64,000 bases of DNA from the NCBI GenBank assembly GCA_903850885.1, contig CAINMU010000037.1, positions 1,110 to 65,109 on the forward strand, written 5' to 3'. Every line of letters begins with the position of its first letter. The stretch's first letter is position 1. This DNA comes from an uncultured Opitutia bacterium. GTDB lineage: Bacteria; Verrucomicrobiota; Verrucomicrobiia; Opitutales; UBA953. Made by a program: the position numbers and the translations under genes. The notes beneath the pieces are model-generated. The model worked only from the letters and a program-made list of their open reading frames with translations. It had not been told where the DNA came from and searched no databases. Of the stretch, positions 28,357 through 36,877 are shown one piece after another.

Positions 28357-29493
28357 ATGGCATTTAAGCCCGAAAAGCCCTCAATTCACGGTGAAACCCC
28401 AGAGACTCTGGGGGTGCGATTGGTCGAGGGCGGGCACCCCCGGTACCGAGCGGCTCAGGTATTTGAGTGGATTTACCCCCGCCGGGCTGAAAAAGCCGAC
28501 CTGATGACCAATTTACCTGCTAATTTAAGGGCCTGGTTGGCAGAAAACTATGATTTTGAGGCCACGGAGGTTTTGGGGCGCCAAACGGCTTTGGACGTGA
28601 CCCAAAAGCTGCTGCAACGCCTTCGCGACGGATCGCTCATCGAAACGGTCATCATCCGGGCTCCCATGGAGGGGGTAGGCCAGGATAAGTCCCGGCGAAC
28701 CATCTGCATTTCCACCCAAGTGGGTTGTGCCTACGGCTGTAAGTTTTGCGCATCAGGCTTAGAGGGCTGGAAGCGAGATCTCTCCGTCGGTGAAATCGTT
28801 TCGCAGCTTGTTCAGGTCTGTCGCATCGAAGATCAGGCGGATCCAGTCCGTGCCGCGGAAGGGTTGGCGTCCTTTGATAACATCGTGGTGATGGGTATGG
28901 GCGAGCCCTTGGCGAATTACGACAATCTGATGGCCGCGCTCCGCATCGTGAATGCGGCCTGGGGTTTCGGTTTTGGCGCGCGCCGCGTGACCATTTCGAC
29001 TTCGGGGGTCGTGCCTAAGATTCTTAAACTCGCCGAGGAGCCCGAGGGTTTTCGCCTCGCGATTAGTCTGCATGGCGCGACGAACGAGGTCCGGGAAAAG
29101 ATTATGCCGGTCAACAAGAAATATCCGTTGGAGGAATTGGTGCCAGCCGCCAAGGCTTTCGCGCGGAAGCACGGACGGATGCTCACACTCGAATTCATTT
29201 TAATCGAAGACATTAACGACATGCTGGAACAGGCTCGGAAATTAGCCGTGATCGCCCGTGAGCTACATGCCCACGTAAACTTGATTCCGTATAATAAAGT
29301 CGAGGGACTGCCCTGGGTGCGCCCCTCTTTGACGCGCCAAGACCGCTTTGTGAAGGAGCTCCGGGCTTTGGGCGTGACGGCGACTTTACGCCGGGAAAAA
29401 GGGCATGATATCGATGCCGCCTGCGGCCAGTTGCGCCTGCAGAAAGAGAAAGAAGCCGTCCGGAACGGTCCGACGCCTCCCGCTGCGGCTTAG
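28357..29493 (+). CDS. rlmN: 23S rRNA/tRNA (adenine-C2)-methyltransferase RlmN (radical SAM)
   Basis: RYRAAQVFEWIY, the radical SAM cluster motif CAYGCKFCASG, and GMGEPLANY. Start at the ATG at 28357. Confidence 0.92.
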   Translation: MAFKPEKPSIHGETPETLGVRLVEGGHPRYRAAQVFEWIYPRRAEKADLMTNLPANLRAWLAENYDFEATEVLGRQTALDVTQKLLQRLRDGSLIETVIIRAPMEGVGQDKSRRTICISTQVGCAYGCKFCASGLEGWKRDLSVGEIVSQLVQVCRIEDQADPVRAAEGLASFDNIVVMGMGEPLANYDNLMAALRIVNAAWGFGFGARRVTISTSGVVPKILKLAEEPEGFRLAISLHGATNEVREKIMPVNKKYPLEELVPAAKAFARKHGRMLTLEFILIEDINDMLEQARKLAVIARELHAHVNLIPYNKVEGLPWVRPSLTRQDRFVKELRALGVTATLRREKGHDIDAACGQLRLQKEKEAVRNGPTPPAAA

Positions 29494-30140
29494 GCTGACA
29501 GGGACGACGCGAAAGCCTTGCGGTCCGCCGCCTTGAAGAAGGCCGTACCTGCGACCAAGGTGTCGGCACCCGCGTCTCGACACTGCTTGCCGGTGGTTGC
29601 GTTGATTCCGCCATCGACTTCGAGGCGATAATTTAAGCCTCGCTGACGTCGCTCGAGATCAAGGAATTTAATGCTCTCGAGGGCGGCGGGAATGAAGGCC
29701 TGTCCGCCGAAGCCCGGGAATACCGTCATGCAAAGCACAAGGTCAACGGAATCGAGGTAGGGCAGTAAGCGCCGAGGGTCGGCGTCGGGATTCATGGCGA
29801 TGCCTGCGGAGAGGCCGGCGTTTTTGATCGCCGCAATCGTCTTGGCCACATCGTGATCGGCCTCCACGTGAACGGTCAGGCGATTAGCCCCGGCTTTGAC
29901 AAAAGCGTCCACGAAGCGATCGGGGTTCGTGAGCATCAGGTGCACATCGAAGAATAATTTCGATTGAGGTCGAAGGTCCGCGACGACTTGAGGGCCGAAG
30001 CTGATATTGGGCACAAAGTGTCCGTCCATGATATCGAGGTGAACCCAAGCAAGCTCGGCCGCCTCAATCGTGCGCAGTCCTTGCAGAAATTCGCCGTGAT
30101 TAGCGGCGAGTAAGGAGGGGGCGACGACGGGGGCGTTCAT
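29490..30140 (-). CDS. rpe: ribulose-phosphate 3-epimerase
   Basis: VAPSLLAANHGEF, HLDIMDGHFVPN, MTVFPGFGGQAF and VDGGI motifs. Confidence 0.93.
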   Translation of the reverse strand: MNAPVVAPSLLAANHGEFLQGLRTIEAAELAWVHLDIMDGHFVPNISFGPQVVADLRPQSKLFFDVHLMLTNPDRFVDAFVKAGANRLTVHVEADHDVAKTIAAIKNAGLSAGIAMNPDADPRRLLPYLDSVDLVLCMTVFPGFGGQAFIPAALESIKFLDLERRQRGLNYRLEVDGGINATTGKQCRDAGADTLVAGTAFFKAADRKAFASSLSA

Positions 30141-30142
30141 GA

Positions 30143-30631
30143 TTACCAGGCCGTGGTGGCGGCTTCTCTGATTTGGGCCGCAATATCCGCAAAGAGCGAA
30201 GGGCCTAAGCTAAGCTCTTCGGCGGTAGAATCGCCCTTCGGTTGAAAGGTTACGGCCGCGGAGAAATCTCGGTCTTTGAAGAGCACGCGCTTTCCGCCCT
30301 CCGTGGTCAAAGTGCAGCGCACGATGAAAGTCACCCGGTAGGTTGAGATGAGGAAGGCGTCCGTGGAGTTGGCGGTCTGGCCTTCGCGTTTATAGTTCAA
30401 GACTTCGGTGGTGAGGACGGCTTGGCCTGGGCCGATTTTGATGCGAGGGTCGCCCGAGAGCGCCTCCAAGAGTTTCTCTTGCAAGACCGCGTGGGTTCCA
30501 GGGCGGGAGGTCGAATTACGAACGGGTGCGACTTCGATGCGCGTGAACGGTGGCTTTGGTCCGCCCAGCCGGTATGAAGAACACGCCGTGAGCAATCCCC
30601 AGCTAAGAATGAAGAGCCAGCGCGGCATCAT
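30143..30631 (-). CDS. lipoprotein, LptE-like (putative LPS-assembly lipoprotein)
   Basis: Lipobox LLTACSSYRLGG. It is about 160 aa with a predicted beta-rich body. Only the size and the N-terminal pattern resemble LptE, so the family call is tentative. Confidence 0.4.
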   Translation of the reverse strand: MMPRWLFILSWGLLTACSSYRLGGPKPPFTRIEVAPVRNSTSRPGTHAVLQEKLLEALSGDPRIKIGPGQAVLTTEVLNYKREGQTANSTDAFLISTYRVTFIVRCTLTTEGGKRVLFKDRDFSAAVTFQPKGDSTAEELSLGPSLFADIAAQIREAATTAW

Positions 30632-31749
30632 CGACGTTCGGTTTCGGTGGCAGTTCGGGGGGTTTCTTTTTTAAAGCCTAAGGAATCAAGGTCGCTACTG
30701 ACGGTGGTCGGGGTTGCTTCGTTGGCCATACGTGGTCTTGGGTAGGTGCCCAAGAGTCGGTCGGCGATGGTCTTTGGCGGGGTCGGGTTCTTTTGGATCT
30801 CGGCCAAGAGCGCTTCGGCCTCTTTGGCGGCTTGGGATTCGGGGGCTAGACTTAGGCAAGAATTAGCCATGAGCTTGGCCGCTTCCGGGTTATTATGTTT
30901 GAGCCAATAAAATTTGGCTAAATTAAGTCGAGCGCGGGCGGCACGATCACGAAGCAGGCGGATTTGTTCGGGTGCTTGTTTCGTCCGCTTATCGTTGGGA
31001 AACTGATCTGCCAGCGTGCGCCAATGGTCCGCCGCTTCGATCGTGGAGGCCTGATCCCAATCAGCCCCCATGGATTCATGCGCACGTATTTTGGCCAATG
31101 CTTCGAGGGCTTCGGGTAAGAATTTCGAGGACGGATAATCGCTGACCAGGCGTTCGAGAGCTTCTTCGGCTTTGGAGTCTATCTCGAGTTCGATGGCGAG
31201 ACGGGCGCTCTTAATTAACGACTGGTCGGCCAGCGGGCCGTTCGGCGCCAAGCGTAAAGTTTTCTGCCAATAAGTGAGGGCGCTTGCGGGGTCCTTAAAC
31301 CAGGGAAACCAGCCGCCTAAGTAGAGTCGCTCGCCGCTGCCAATCCGGTTGGCGATTTCGAATTGCAGTTGAACGGCATCTTGGAATTTTGAAAAGCTCG
31401 AGTGACGGGCGTAAATGTCATCGATCAGGTTGGTTGCCAATTCGAAGCGCCCTTGCTGCGCGTAAATGCGAGCCTGTTCGAGCATGGCCAAGGCTTCGGC
31501 GGGAGTGCCGTGATTGGCTTCGGCGACCAAGACCCACGACTTGAGGGCGGCGCTTTGTTCGCCGGCATCATTCGCGCTGGAGGCTATATCCATCGCGATT
31601 AAGACCACGGTTAGCCGTTCCGCCGGGGTGATTTCGGGGGTCGTGCCTGCCTTCACTTGCCAGTGTCCGTCTTGACGGATGAATTCCGCCGAGGCGGAGG
31701 CAGCCAGCAAGAGAGCGGCAGAATAAAAGGTTTTAGAGAGTAGGTTCAT
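30628..31749 (-). CDS. secreted TPR-repeat protein (BamD/YfiO-like?)
   Basis: Start at MNLLSKTFYSAALLLAASASA (ATG at 31749), because the track extension overlaps fabH. TPR-like helices are present. A 4-nt overlap links it to the downstream lipoprotein gene. Confidence 0.5.
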   Translation of the reverse strand: MNLLSKTFYSAALLLAASASAEFIRQDGHWQVKAGTTPEITPAERLTVVLIAMDIASSANDAGEQSAALKSWVLVAEANHGTPAEALAMLEQARIYAQQGRFELATNLIDDIYARHSSFSKFQDAVQLQFEIANRIGSGERLYLGGWFPWFKDPASALTYWQKTLRLAPNGPLADQSLIKSARLAIELEIDSKAEEALERLVSDYPSSKFLPEALEALAKIRAHESMGADWDQASTIEAADHWRTLADQFPNDKRTKQAPEQIRLLRDRAARARLNLAKFYWLKHNNPEAAKLMANSCLSLAPESQAAKEAEALLAEIQKNPTPPKTIADRLLGTYPRPRMANEATPTTVSSDLDSLGFKKETPRTATETERR

Positions 31750-32746
31750 GCCAGCGAAGGAGAGTTGCGCCCCAAGTGAGGCCCGCACCGAAAGCAACCA
31801 AGAGGACAAGGTCGCCGTGTTTGATCTTACCATCACGCCAAGCTTCTTCCAGGGCGAGGGGAATCGAAGCCGCTGACGTATTGCCGTAGCGGTCGAGGTT
31901 GAAGGGGAATCGCTCCATGCCCACGTTAAGCTGATTGGCGACGGCTTCAACGATGCGAATGTTGGCTTGGTGGGGGATGAACCATGCCACTTGATCAGAG
32001 TTCACGCCGCATTTGGCCAAGACGCGCTCGCAAGACTCGGCCATCACCCGGACGGCGAGACGAAAGACTTCTTTGCCATTCATCCGTAGGAAATGTTTTC
32101 CGTCGCGTAACGTTTCCGCGCTAGCCGGGTTCGCCGAGCCGCCCGCCACGCAATGAAGCAGCTCGGCGTTTGTGCCGTCGGCACCCAGGAGATTGCCGAG
32201 AATGCCAACTCCTTTGACGTGGGTGGCTTCCAGAATGACAGCGCCGGCGCCGTCGCCAAAAAGCACGCAGGTCGCCCGGTCTTGCCAGTCTACGACGCTC
32301 GATAACTTTTCAGCTCCGACGACGAGGACGTGCCGATAGGCTCCGGATCGCATCATGTCAGTGCCGACTTGGAGCGCATAAACAAAGCCCGAACAAGCTG
32401 CTGAAATATCGAAGCAGGGAATGTCGCGGCGAAGCCCCAGCTTGGCCTGCAGGAGGCACGCGGTGGACGGGAAGGGGACATCGGGTGTCATCGTGGCGAC
32501 GATGAGCAGATCGATATCTTCGGGTTTGAGTCCGGCGCGCTCCAAGGCCTTGGCCGCAGCTTTGGCTCCCATGTCAGAAGGGTTTTCGCCCGGACCGGCA
32601 ATCCGTCGTTCCGAGATACCTGACCGGCTTTTGATCCAATCATCGGAGGTTTCCACCATGAGCGAAAGTTCCGCGTTGGTGAGTTTTCGCTCGGGTGCGT
32701 GCACGCCGATAGCCCTGATAAAGACTGAAAGCTCGGCGCTGTTCAT
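31733..32746 (-). CDS. fabH: 3-oxoacyl-ACP synthase III
   Basis: The active-site region ACSGFVYAL, plus HQANIRI and GNTSAASIP, gives the Cys-His-Asn triad context. Confidence 0.93.
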   Translation of the reverse strand: MNSAELSVFIRAIGVHAPERKLTNAELSLMVETSDDWIKSRSGISERRIAGPGENPSDMGAKAAAKALERAGLKPEDIDLLIVATMTPDVPFPSTACLLQAKLGLRRDIPCFDISAACSGFVYALQVGTDMMRSGAYRHVLVVGAEKLSSVVDWQDRATCVLFGDGAGAVILEATHVKGVGILGNLLGADGTNAELLHCVAGGSANPASAETLRDGKHFLRMNGKEVFRLAVRVMAESCERVLAKCGVNSDQVAWFIPHQANIRIVEAVANQLNVGMERFPFNLDRYGNTSAASIPLALEEAWRDGKIKHGDLVLLVAFGAGLTWGATLLRWHEPTL

Positions 32747-32794
32747 CGAGGACTTGAGGTAAGACCCGAAGGCGGGAAAGGAAACACTAAAACC

Positions 32795-33865
32795 TCAGAC
32801 TTCCTCAGGGGTGGCCGAAATCACCTTATTTGCCTCTGCGAGAGCCGTTTGCATCTGTTTCCCGGCCCCATGGCCCAGGGCTTCAAGGCCGAGGCGGATG
32901 GCGCTGACAATGCCTTGGCGGTTGCTGGAGCCATGGGCTTTCATGACCAAGCCGTTAAGTCCGAGCAGAGGGGCTCCGCCATAGCGCTCTGGTTTAAGTT
33001 TACCTTTTAATTCTCGGACCAAAGGGAACATGGCAATACCTCCGGCCATGTAGACCGGATTACGCATGACTTTATTGCCGACCAGCTCGCGGAGCATGTA
33101 GACCAAACCCTCTAAGGTCTTTAGAATGACATTACCTGTAAAGCCGTCGGTGACGACGACATCGCACGCATCGCCGAACATGTCGAAACCTTCGACCGGC
33201 CCGATATAATTGATGCTCGTGCCCATGGCTTTCAAAAGGTTGTGGGTACGGTTGATGCGGGCGCCGCCTTTGCCTTCTTCCGTTCCGACGGTCAGAAGTC
33301 CGATGCGCGGATGGGCGATACCTAGGGAGCTTTGGGCGTAAATCGAACCAAGGACGGCATTATGCACCAAGTGTTCCGGCGTCGCTTCGGGATTGGCCCC
33401 GACGTCGAGCAGGACGAAGTGACCCTCCCGACGGGGCATAATTGCCGCCAAGGCGGGACGCTCGGCGCCTTCCATGGTCCGGACTTTGATTGTTCCGGCG
33501 GCAACGAGGGCCTTGGTGTTACCCGTCGAAACTACGGCATCAACTTCTCCGACTTTAAGTAATTCAAGGGCGATCACCATTGATGAATCGCGCTTAGATT
33601 TAAGGACCGTCATGGGCGCGTCTTCGGGGCCCACGATGGTGGGCGCATGCTTAAAGATGACGCGGGGCGATTTCAGATTACGGTGCTCCATCGCCAAGAG
33701 GCGCAAATTATCTTCGTTGCCGACCAGCACCAGGGTGTCGTCAGGTCCGATGACACCTTCTCTAAGGGCTAGGGCGGCGGCAGCTACAGCTTCCGAAGGG
33801 CCAAGATCGCCGCCCATGCAGTCGAGGGCAATCCGGTGGCCTTTCTTCAGAGTGGCTTCGCTCAT
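32795..33865 (-). CDS. plsX: phosphate acyltransferase PlsX
   Basis: IALDCMGGDLGP, TDGFTGNV and KAHGSS motifs. I prefer the ATG at 33865 over the TTG at 33877. The rpmF-plsX-fabH order is classical. Confidence 0.92.
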   Translation of the reverse strand: MSEATLKKGHRIALDCMGGDLGPSEAVAAAALALREGVIGPDDTLVLVGNEDNLRLLAMEHRNLKSPRVIFKHAPTIVGPEDAPMTVLKSKRDSSMVIALELLKVGEVDAVVSTGNTKALVAAGTIKVRTMEGAERPALAAIMPRREGHFVLLDVGANPEATPEHLVHNAVLGSIYAQSSLGIAHPRIGLLTVGTEEGKGGARINRTHNLLKAMGTSINYIGPVEGFDMFGDACDVVVTDGFTGNVILKTLEGLVYMLRELVGNKVMRNPVYMAGGIAMFPLVRELKGKLKPERYGGAPLLGLNGLVMKAHGSSNRQGIVSAIRLGLEALGHGAGKQMQTALAEANKVISATPEEV

Positions 33866-33892
33866 GGGTGCGGGCAAGGCCCGTAAACCAAC

Positions 33893-34072
33893 TTAGGCGC
33901 TGGCGTCGAGGACCTGGCGACCACGGTACTTGCCCGTGGTGGGGTCAACGCGATGCGAGCGACGAAGCGCACCGGATTCGGTGTCGCGAACGAGCTTAGG
34001 AGCACGGAATTGGTTAGCGCCCCGACGAAGACGGCTGCGGCGTTTGGACTGTTTGCGTTTCGGGTTGGCCAT
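33893..34072 (-). CDS. rpmF: 50S ribosomal protein L32
   Basis: Not in the ORF track (59 aa). Minus-strand translation gives MANPKRKQSKRRSRLRRGANQFRAPKLVRDTESGALRRSHRVDPTTGKYRGRQVLDASA. It lies immediately upstream of plsX. Confidence 0.9.
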   Translation of the reverse strand: MANPKRKQSKRRSRLRRGANQFRAPKLVRDTESGALRRSHRVDPTTGKYRGRQVLDASA

Positions 34073-34176
34073 GGTTCTACGCTGGGTTGAGGGTTGGTTC
34101 TACCCCTCAACCTTCCTCGGTCAAGCCCCCTTTCCATTCCCTTGCTCTTAGTTGTCAGTTTCTTTGGATTAAGCCT

Positions 34177-34728
34177 ATGTCCGTCCACCCTGCCTTATTT
34201 CTTGATCGCGACGGGAATCTGATTCGAGACCATCACCATACCTGCCGGGTGGATCAAATTGAGCTGATAATGGGGGTAAAAGAAGCCCTAGAGGCCTGCC
34301 TGCGGGCCGATTACCGTTTATTCATCCTCACCAATCAAAGCGGAATTAATCGAGGATTTTTTACCTGGGAAGCTTATGAGGCCTGTAGCCGCAAGATGCT
34401 GGAACTGCTAAATTTAACGGCTCCGGGCATTTTGGAAATCAAAGCCGCACCCGAACGCCCTGATGAGCCCTCCCTTTACCGTAAGCCCAGCCCGAGATTT
34501 ATTCAAGAAATGGCCGCAAAGCATTCCTTGGATCTCAGCAGGTCCTGGATGATCGGCGACCGGCGCTCGGATTGGGAGGCTGGAATCAACGCTTCAATCA
34601 ACGCTTGTGCGGTGCGTAGTGGAAAGCCGCTGGAGGCAGCGGACGAGGTTTTTGCTTACGCGAATGGGGTGGTGATACACGATGATTTCCCGGCTTTCGT
34701 AAGGCAGGAATTACTCCTCCGATTTTGA
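34177..34728 (+). CDS. gmhB: D,D-heptose 1,7-bisphosphate phosphatase-like HAD-IIIA hydrolase
   Basis: MSVHPALFLDRDGNLI (DxDG), FILTNQSGINRGFF and MIGDRRSDWEAG motifs. Start at the ATG at 34177. Confidence 0.75.
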   Translation: MSVHPALFLDRDGNLIRDHHHTCRVDQIELIMGVKEALEACLRADYRLFILTNQSGINRGFFTWEAYEACSRKMLELLNLTAPGILEIKAAPERPDEPSLYRKPSPRFIQEMAAKHSLDLSRSWMIGDRRSDWEAGINASINACAVRSGKPLEAADEVFAYANGVVIHDDFPAFVRQELLLRF

Positions 34729-34740
34729 AACGGCACAAAA

Positions 34741-34766
34741 AAGGACTCACGGCGAAGTGAGTCCTT
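34741..34766. terminator. bidirectional hairpin terminator between gmhB and the Cys-rich gene
   Basis: A perfect 10-bp stem (aaggactcac / gtgagtcctt) with a 6-nt loop. The A-run upstream on the + strand gives a T-run after the stem on the minus strand. Confidence 0.65.
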
Positions 34767-34793
34767 GTTGCGAAGTCCGATGTAAGACTGGGC

Positions 34794-35102
34794 TTAGGCC
34801 TTAGGCTTTTCGTCCGGGCAGTTTGGGCACTTCTTTTCGCCGTCCTTCTTTTCTTCTTGGGTGGCAGGAGCTACTGGTGCTGCAGGCGCGGTGGCCGGAG
34901 CCGCTGGGGCATCTTTTTTGTCGCACTTACCGCAATGGGCGATGACGCCGAACTGCTCGATGGAAGCCTTAGGCTTTTCGTCTGGGCAATTTGGGCACTT
35001 CTTTTCGCCGTCTTTTTTGACTTCGTCGGCGCTGACGACAGCGACTGAGAGGGCGAGGGCGCCGCAGGTGATGGTGAGGAATTTGAGGAACTTGGAGTTC
35101 AT
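34794..35102 (-). CDS. small secreted Cys-rich protein with three CxxC motifs and a duplicated KKDGEKKCPNCPDEKPKA module
   Basis: A signal peptide (MNSKFLKFLTITCGALALSVAVVSA) precedes CPNC, HCGKC and CPNC motifs. A Pro/Ala linker (APAAPATAPAAPVAPA) is present. Confidence 0.6.
   Translation of the reverse strand: MNSKFLKFLTITCGALALSVAVVSADEVKKDGEKKCPNCPDEKPKASIEQFGVIAHCGKCDKKDAPAAPATAPAAPVAPATQEEKKDGEKKCPNCPDEKPKA
34798..35012. repeat. two copies of a 47-bp direct repeat (34798..34844 and 34966..35012), 45/47 identical, inside the Cys-rich gene
   Basis: gccttaggcttttcgtcCgggcaGtttgggcacttcttttcgccgtc vs gccttaggcttttcgtcTgggcaAtttgggcacttcttttcgccgtc. The spacing is 168 nt (in frame). Confidence 0.85.
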
Positions 35103-35177
35103 AGGTGTGGACTTTCAAGATGATTCATTCCGCCACGCTGTCAACTCGCCCCACCCCTTTACTCGTTACGTTTACCT

Positions 35178-35972
35178 TTAATTAAGGTTAAGTTTCCGCA
35201 ACTCCGGGAGGGTGTCGACTAAACCGCTGCCCGGCAGCCAGCGGCTGCCCGCCGAAGTTTCAAAAACCTTGCCGGCTTCAACGCATTTAAGTTTATTAAC
35301 GACAGGGATTTGCATCATTCCATTTCGCTGGCTTTGGGATGCGATAATCGGCCGGTCGACTGCGGCATTATCAATCCAAAGTACGACATCTGGTTGGGCT
35401 TGGGCGATCATTTCCCAGTCGAACTTTAACCAGGTCCCCGTCGCTAAGGCTGACTTAAATCCTCCGACGGCCAAGATGCCGGCGAGGTAGGAGTCCGGTC
35501 CAGCCATCACACCGTCCCAAATAATAATAATCGTTTTAGAGGGGGCGTCAGCGCCGGCCTTGATCATCAGGCGAGAGAGTTTCTCGGCGTTTGCGGTTTG
35601 CTGGAGTGCCACGCCAATGGCACCGATATCTTGGACGACCGAAGCCGGACTTTCGGGATTAAGTATCAAGGTTGTAAGCCCGGCGGAGCGGCATTTCTCC
35701 GCCCAGAGCGGATTAGCCATGCGCGGCAAGATAACCAAAGTCGGTCGCAGTTTCTGCAACGCTTCCAGGTCGGGCAGGAAGATGTCGCAATTTCGTTGGG
35801 CGGGGTGGGCGGATGGGAGCGGACACCAGCGGGTCGCGGCCACGATTTGGTCGCCGCCACCGAGGTCGATGATTGTCTGGGTCGCTCCGGGGCTGAAACA
35901 AGCGATGCGCATTTCGGCAGCGGGTGTCAAAATAGCCAGACCCCATCCGATAATAAAAATCAAAACCCGCAT
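35178..35972 (-). CDS. periplasmic substrate-binding protein, BtuF/FecB-like (TroA-superfamily cluster A)
   Basis: N-terminal signal, then RIACFSPGATQTIIDLGGGDQIVAATRW, which resembles the B12/siderophore-binding family (P..tE.l..LG..d.ivG). About 264 aa. No permease or ATPase gene is adjacent. Confidence 0.6.
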   Translation of the reverse strand: MRVLIFIIGWGLAILTPAAEMRIACFSPGATQTIIDLGGGDQIVAATRWCPLPSAHPAQRNCDIFLPDLEALQKLRPTLVILPRMANPLWAEKCRSAGLTTLILNPESPASVVQDIGAIGVALQQTANAEKLSRLMIKAGADAPSKTIIIIWDGVMAGPDSYLAGILAVGGFKSALATGTWLKFDWEMIAQAQPDVVLWIDNAAVDRPIIASQSQRNGMMQIPVVNKLKCVEAGKVFETSAGSRWLPGSGLVDTLPELRKLNLN

Positions 35973-36877
35973 CAGGCCGAAAGAACTTGGGCGAGACGGA
36001 TGGCCGAGGCGAAACTTCCGGCGTCAGCCAAATCGCGCCCAGCGATTTCATAGGCCGTGCCGTGATCCGGGCTGGTGCGGATGAAGGGCAGGCCGAGCGT
36101 CAGGTTTGCGGCGCTCGCGAAATCGACGGTCTTTAGCGGGGCTAAGCCTTGATCGTGATACATCGCGACGACCGCATCAAATTCGCCTTCAAGGTGGCGG
36201 TGAAAAATCGTGTCGCCCGGGAAAGGCCCGCTGACATTATTCCCTTCGGCGCCAAGCTGTTTAATCAGGGGACGAATGACGTCATCGTCTTCGGTGCCGA
36301 GTAAGCCCCCTTCGCCCGCATGCGGATTAAGTCCGCAGACGGCGATGCGCGGATGGTTGTCCCCCATTTTTTTGCGCAAATCAATCAGCGCAAGGATGGT
36401 CCGACGAACGGCTGCGGGCGTAATCGCGCTAGCGACGGAGCGAAGGGGCAGATGCCAAGTGACTAAGCCGACGGTCATTCGTCCGCCGGCAAAAGCCATG
36501 ACCGGTTCACCAGTCCAGCGGGCGGCGAAAAATTCGGTCTGTCCGGGGAAAGGGTAGCCCACTTCGGAAAAACCTTTCTTGTTAATTGGGCCAGAAATAA
36601 CGCCCCCAAACCGGCCTTCTGACGCCCCCTGGGCGGCGGCTTCCATCGCTGCGAGTGCCAGGCGATGACCTTCGGGCGTAGGCTTTCCGGCCGTTATGCT
36701 GAAATCGTTTGCACCCACGACGATGCCATTGATGCCAAGTTGTTCGATCCATTCCGCCGGGCCGATGGGTACGATGCCTTTTGCCTCCTCGGGGTGGCTC
36801 CTTAGCCACTTGGTGATGAGTTCTGGGCCGACGCCCGCGGGGTCGCCGCAGGTGATCGCTAGCGGTTTCTTATTCAT
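35972..36877 (-). CDS. pdxA: 4-hydroxythreonine-4-phosphate dehydrogenase
   Basis: LAITCGDPAGVGPEL, GLNPHAGEGG, MYHDQGL and IRTSPDHGTAYEIAG motifs. Confidence 0.92.
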   Translation of the reverse strand: MNKKPLAITCGDPAGVGPELITKWLRSHPEEAKGIVPIGPAEWIEQLGINGIVVGANDFSITAGKPTPEGHRLALAAMEAAAQGASEGRFGGVISGPINKKGFSEVGYPFPGQTEFFAARWTGEPVMAFAGGRMTVGLVTWHLPLRSVASAITPAAVRRTILALIDLRKKMGDNHPRIAVCGLNPHAGEGGLLGTEDDDVIRPLIKQLGAEGNNVSGPFPGDTIFHRHLEGEFDAVVAMYHDQGLAPLKTVDFASAANLTLGLPFIRTSPDHGTAYEIAGRDLADAGSFASAIRLAQVLSA

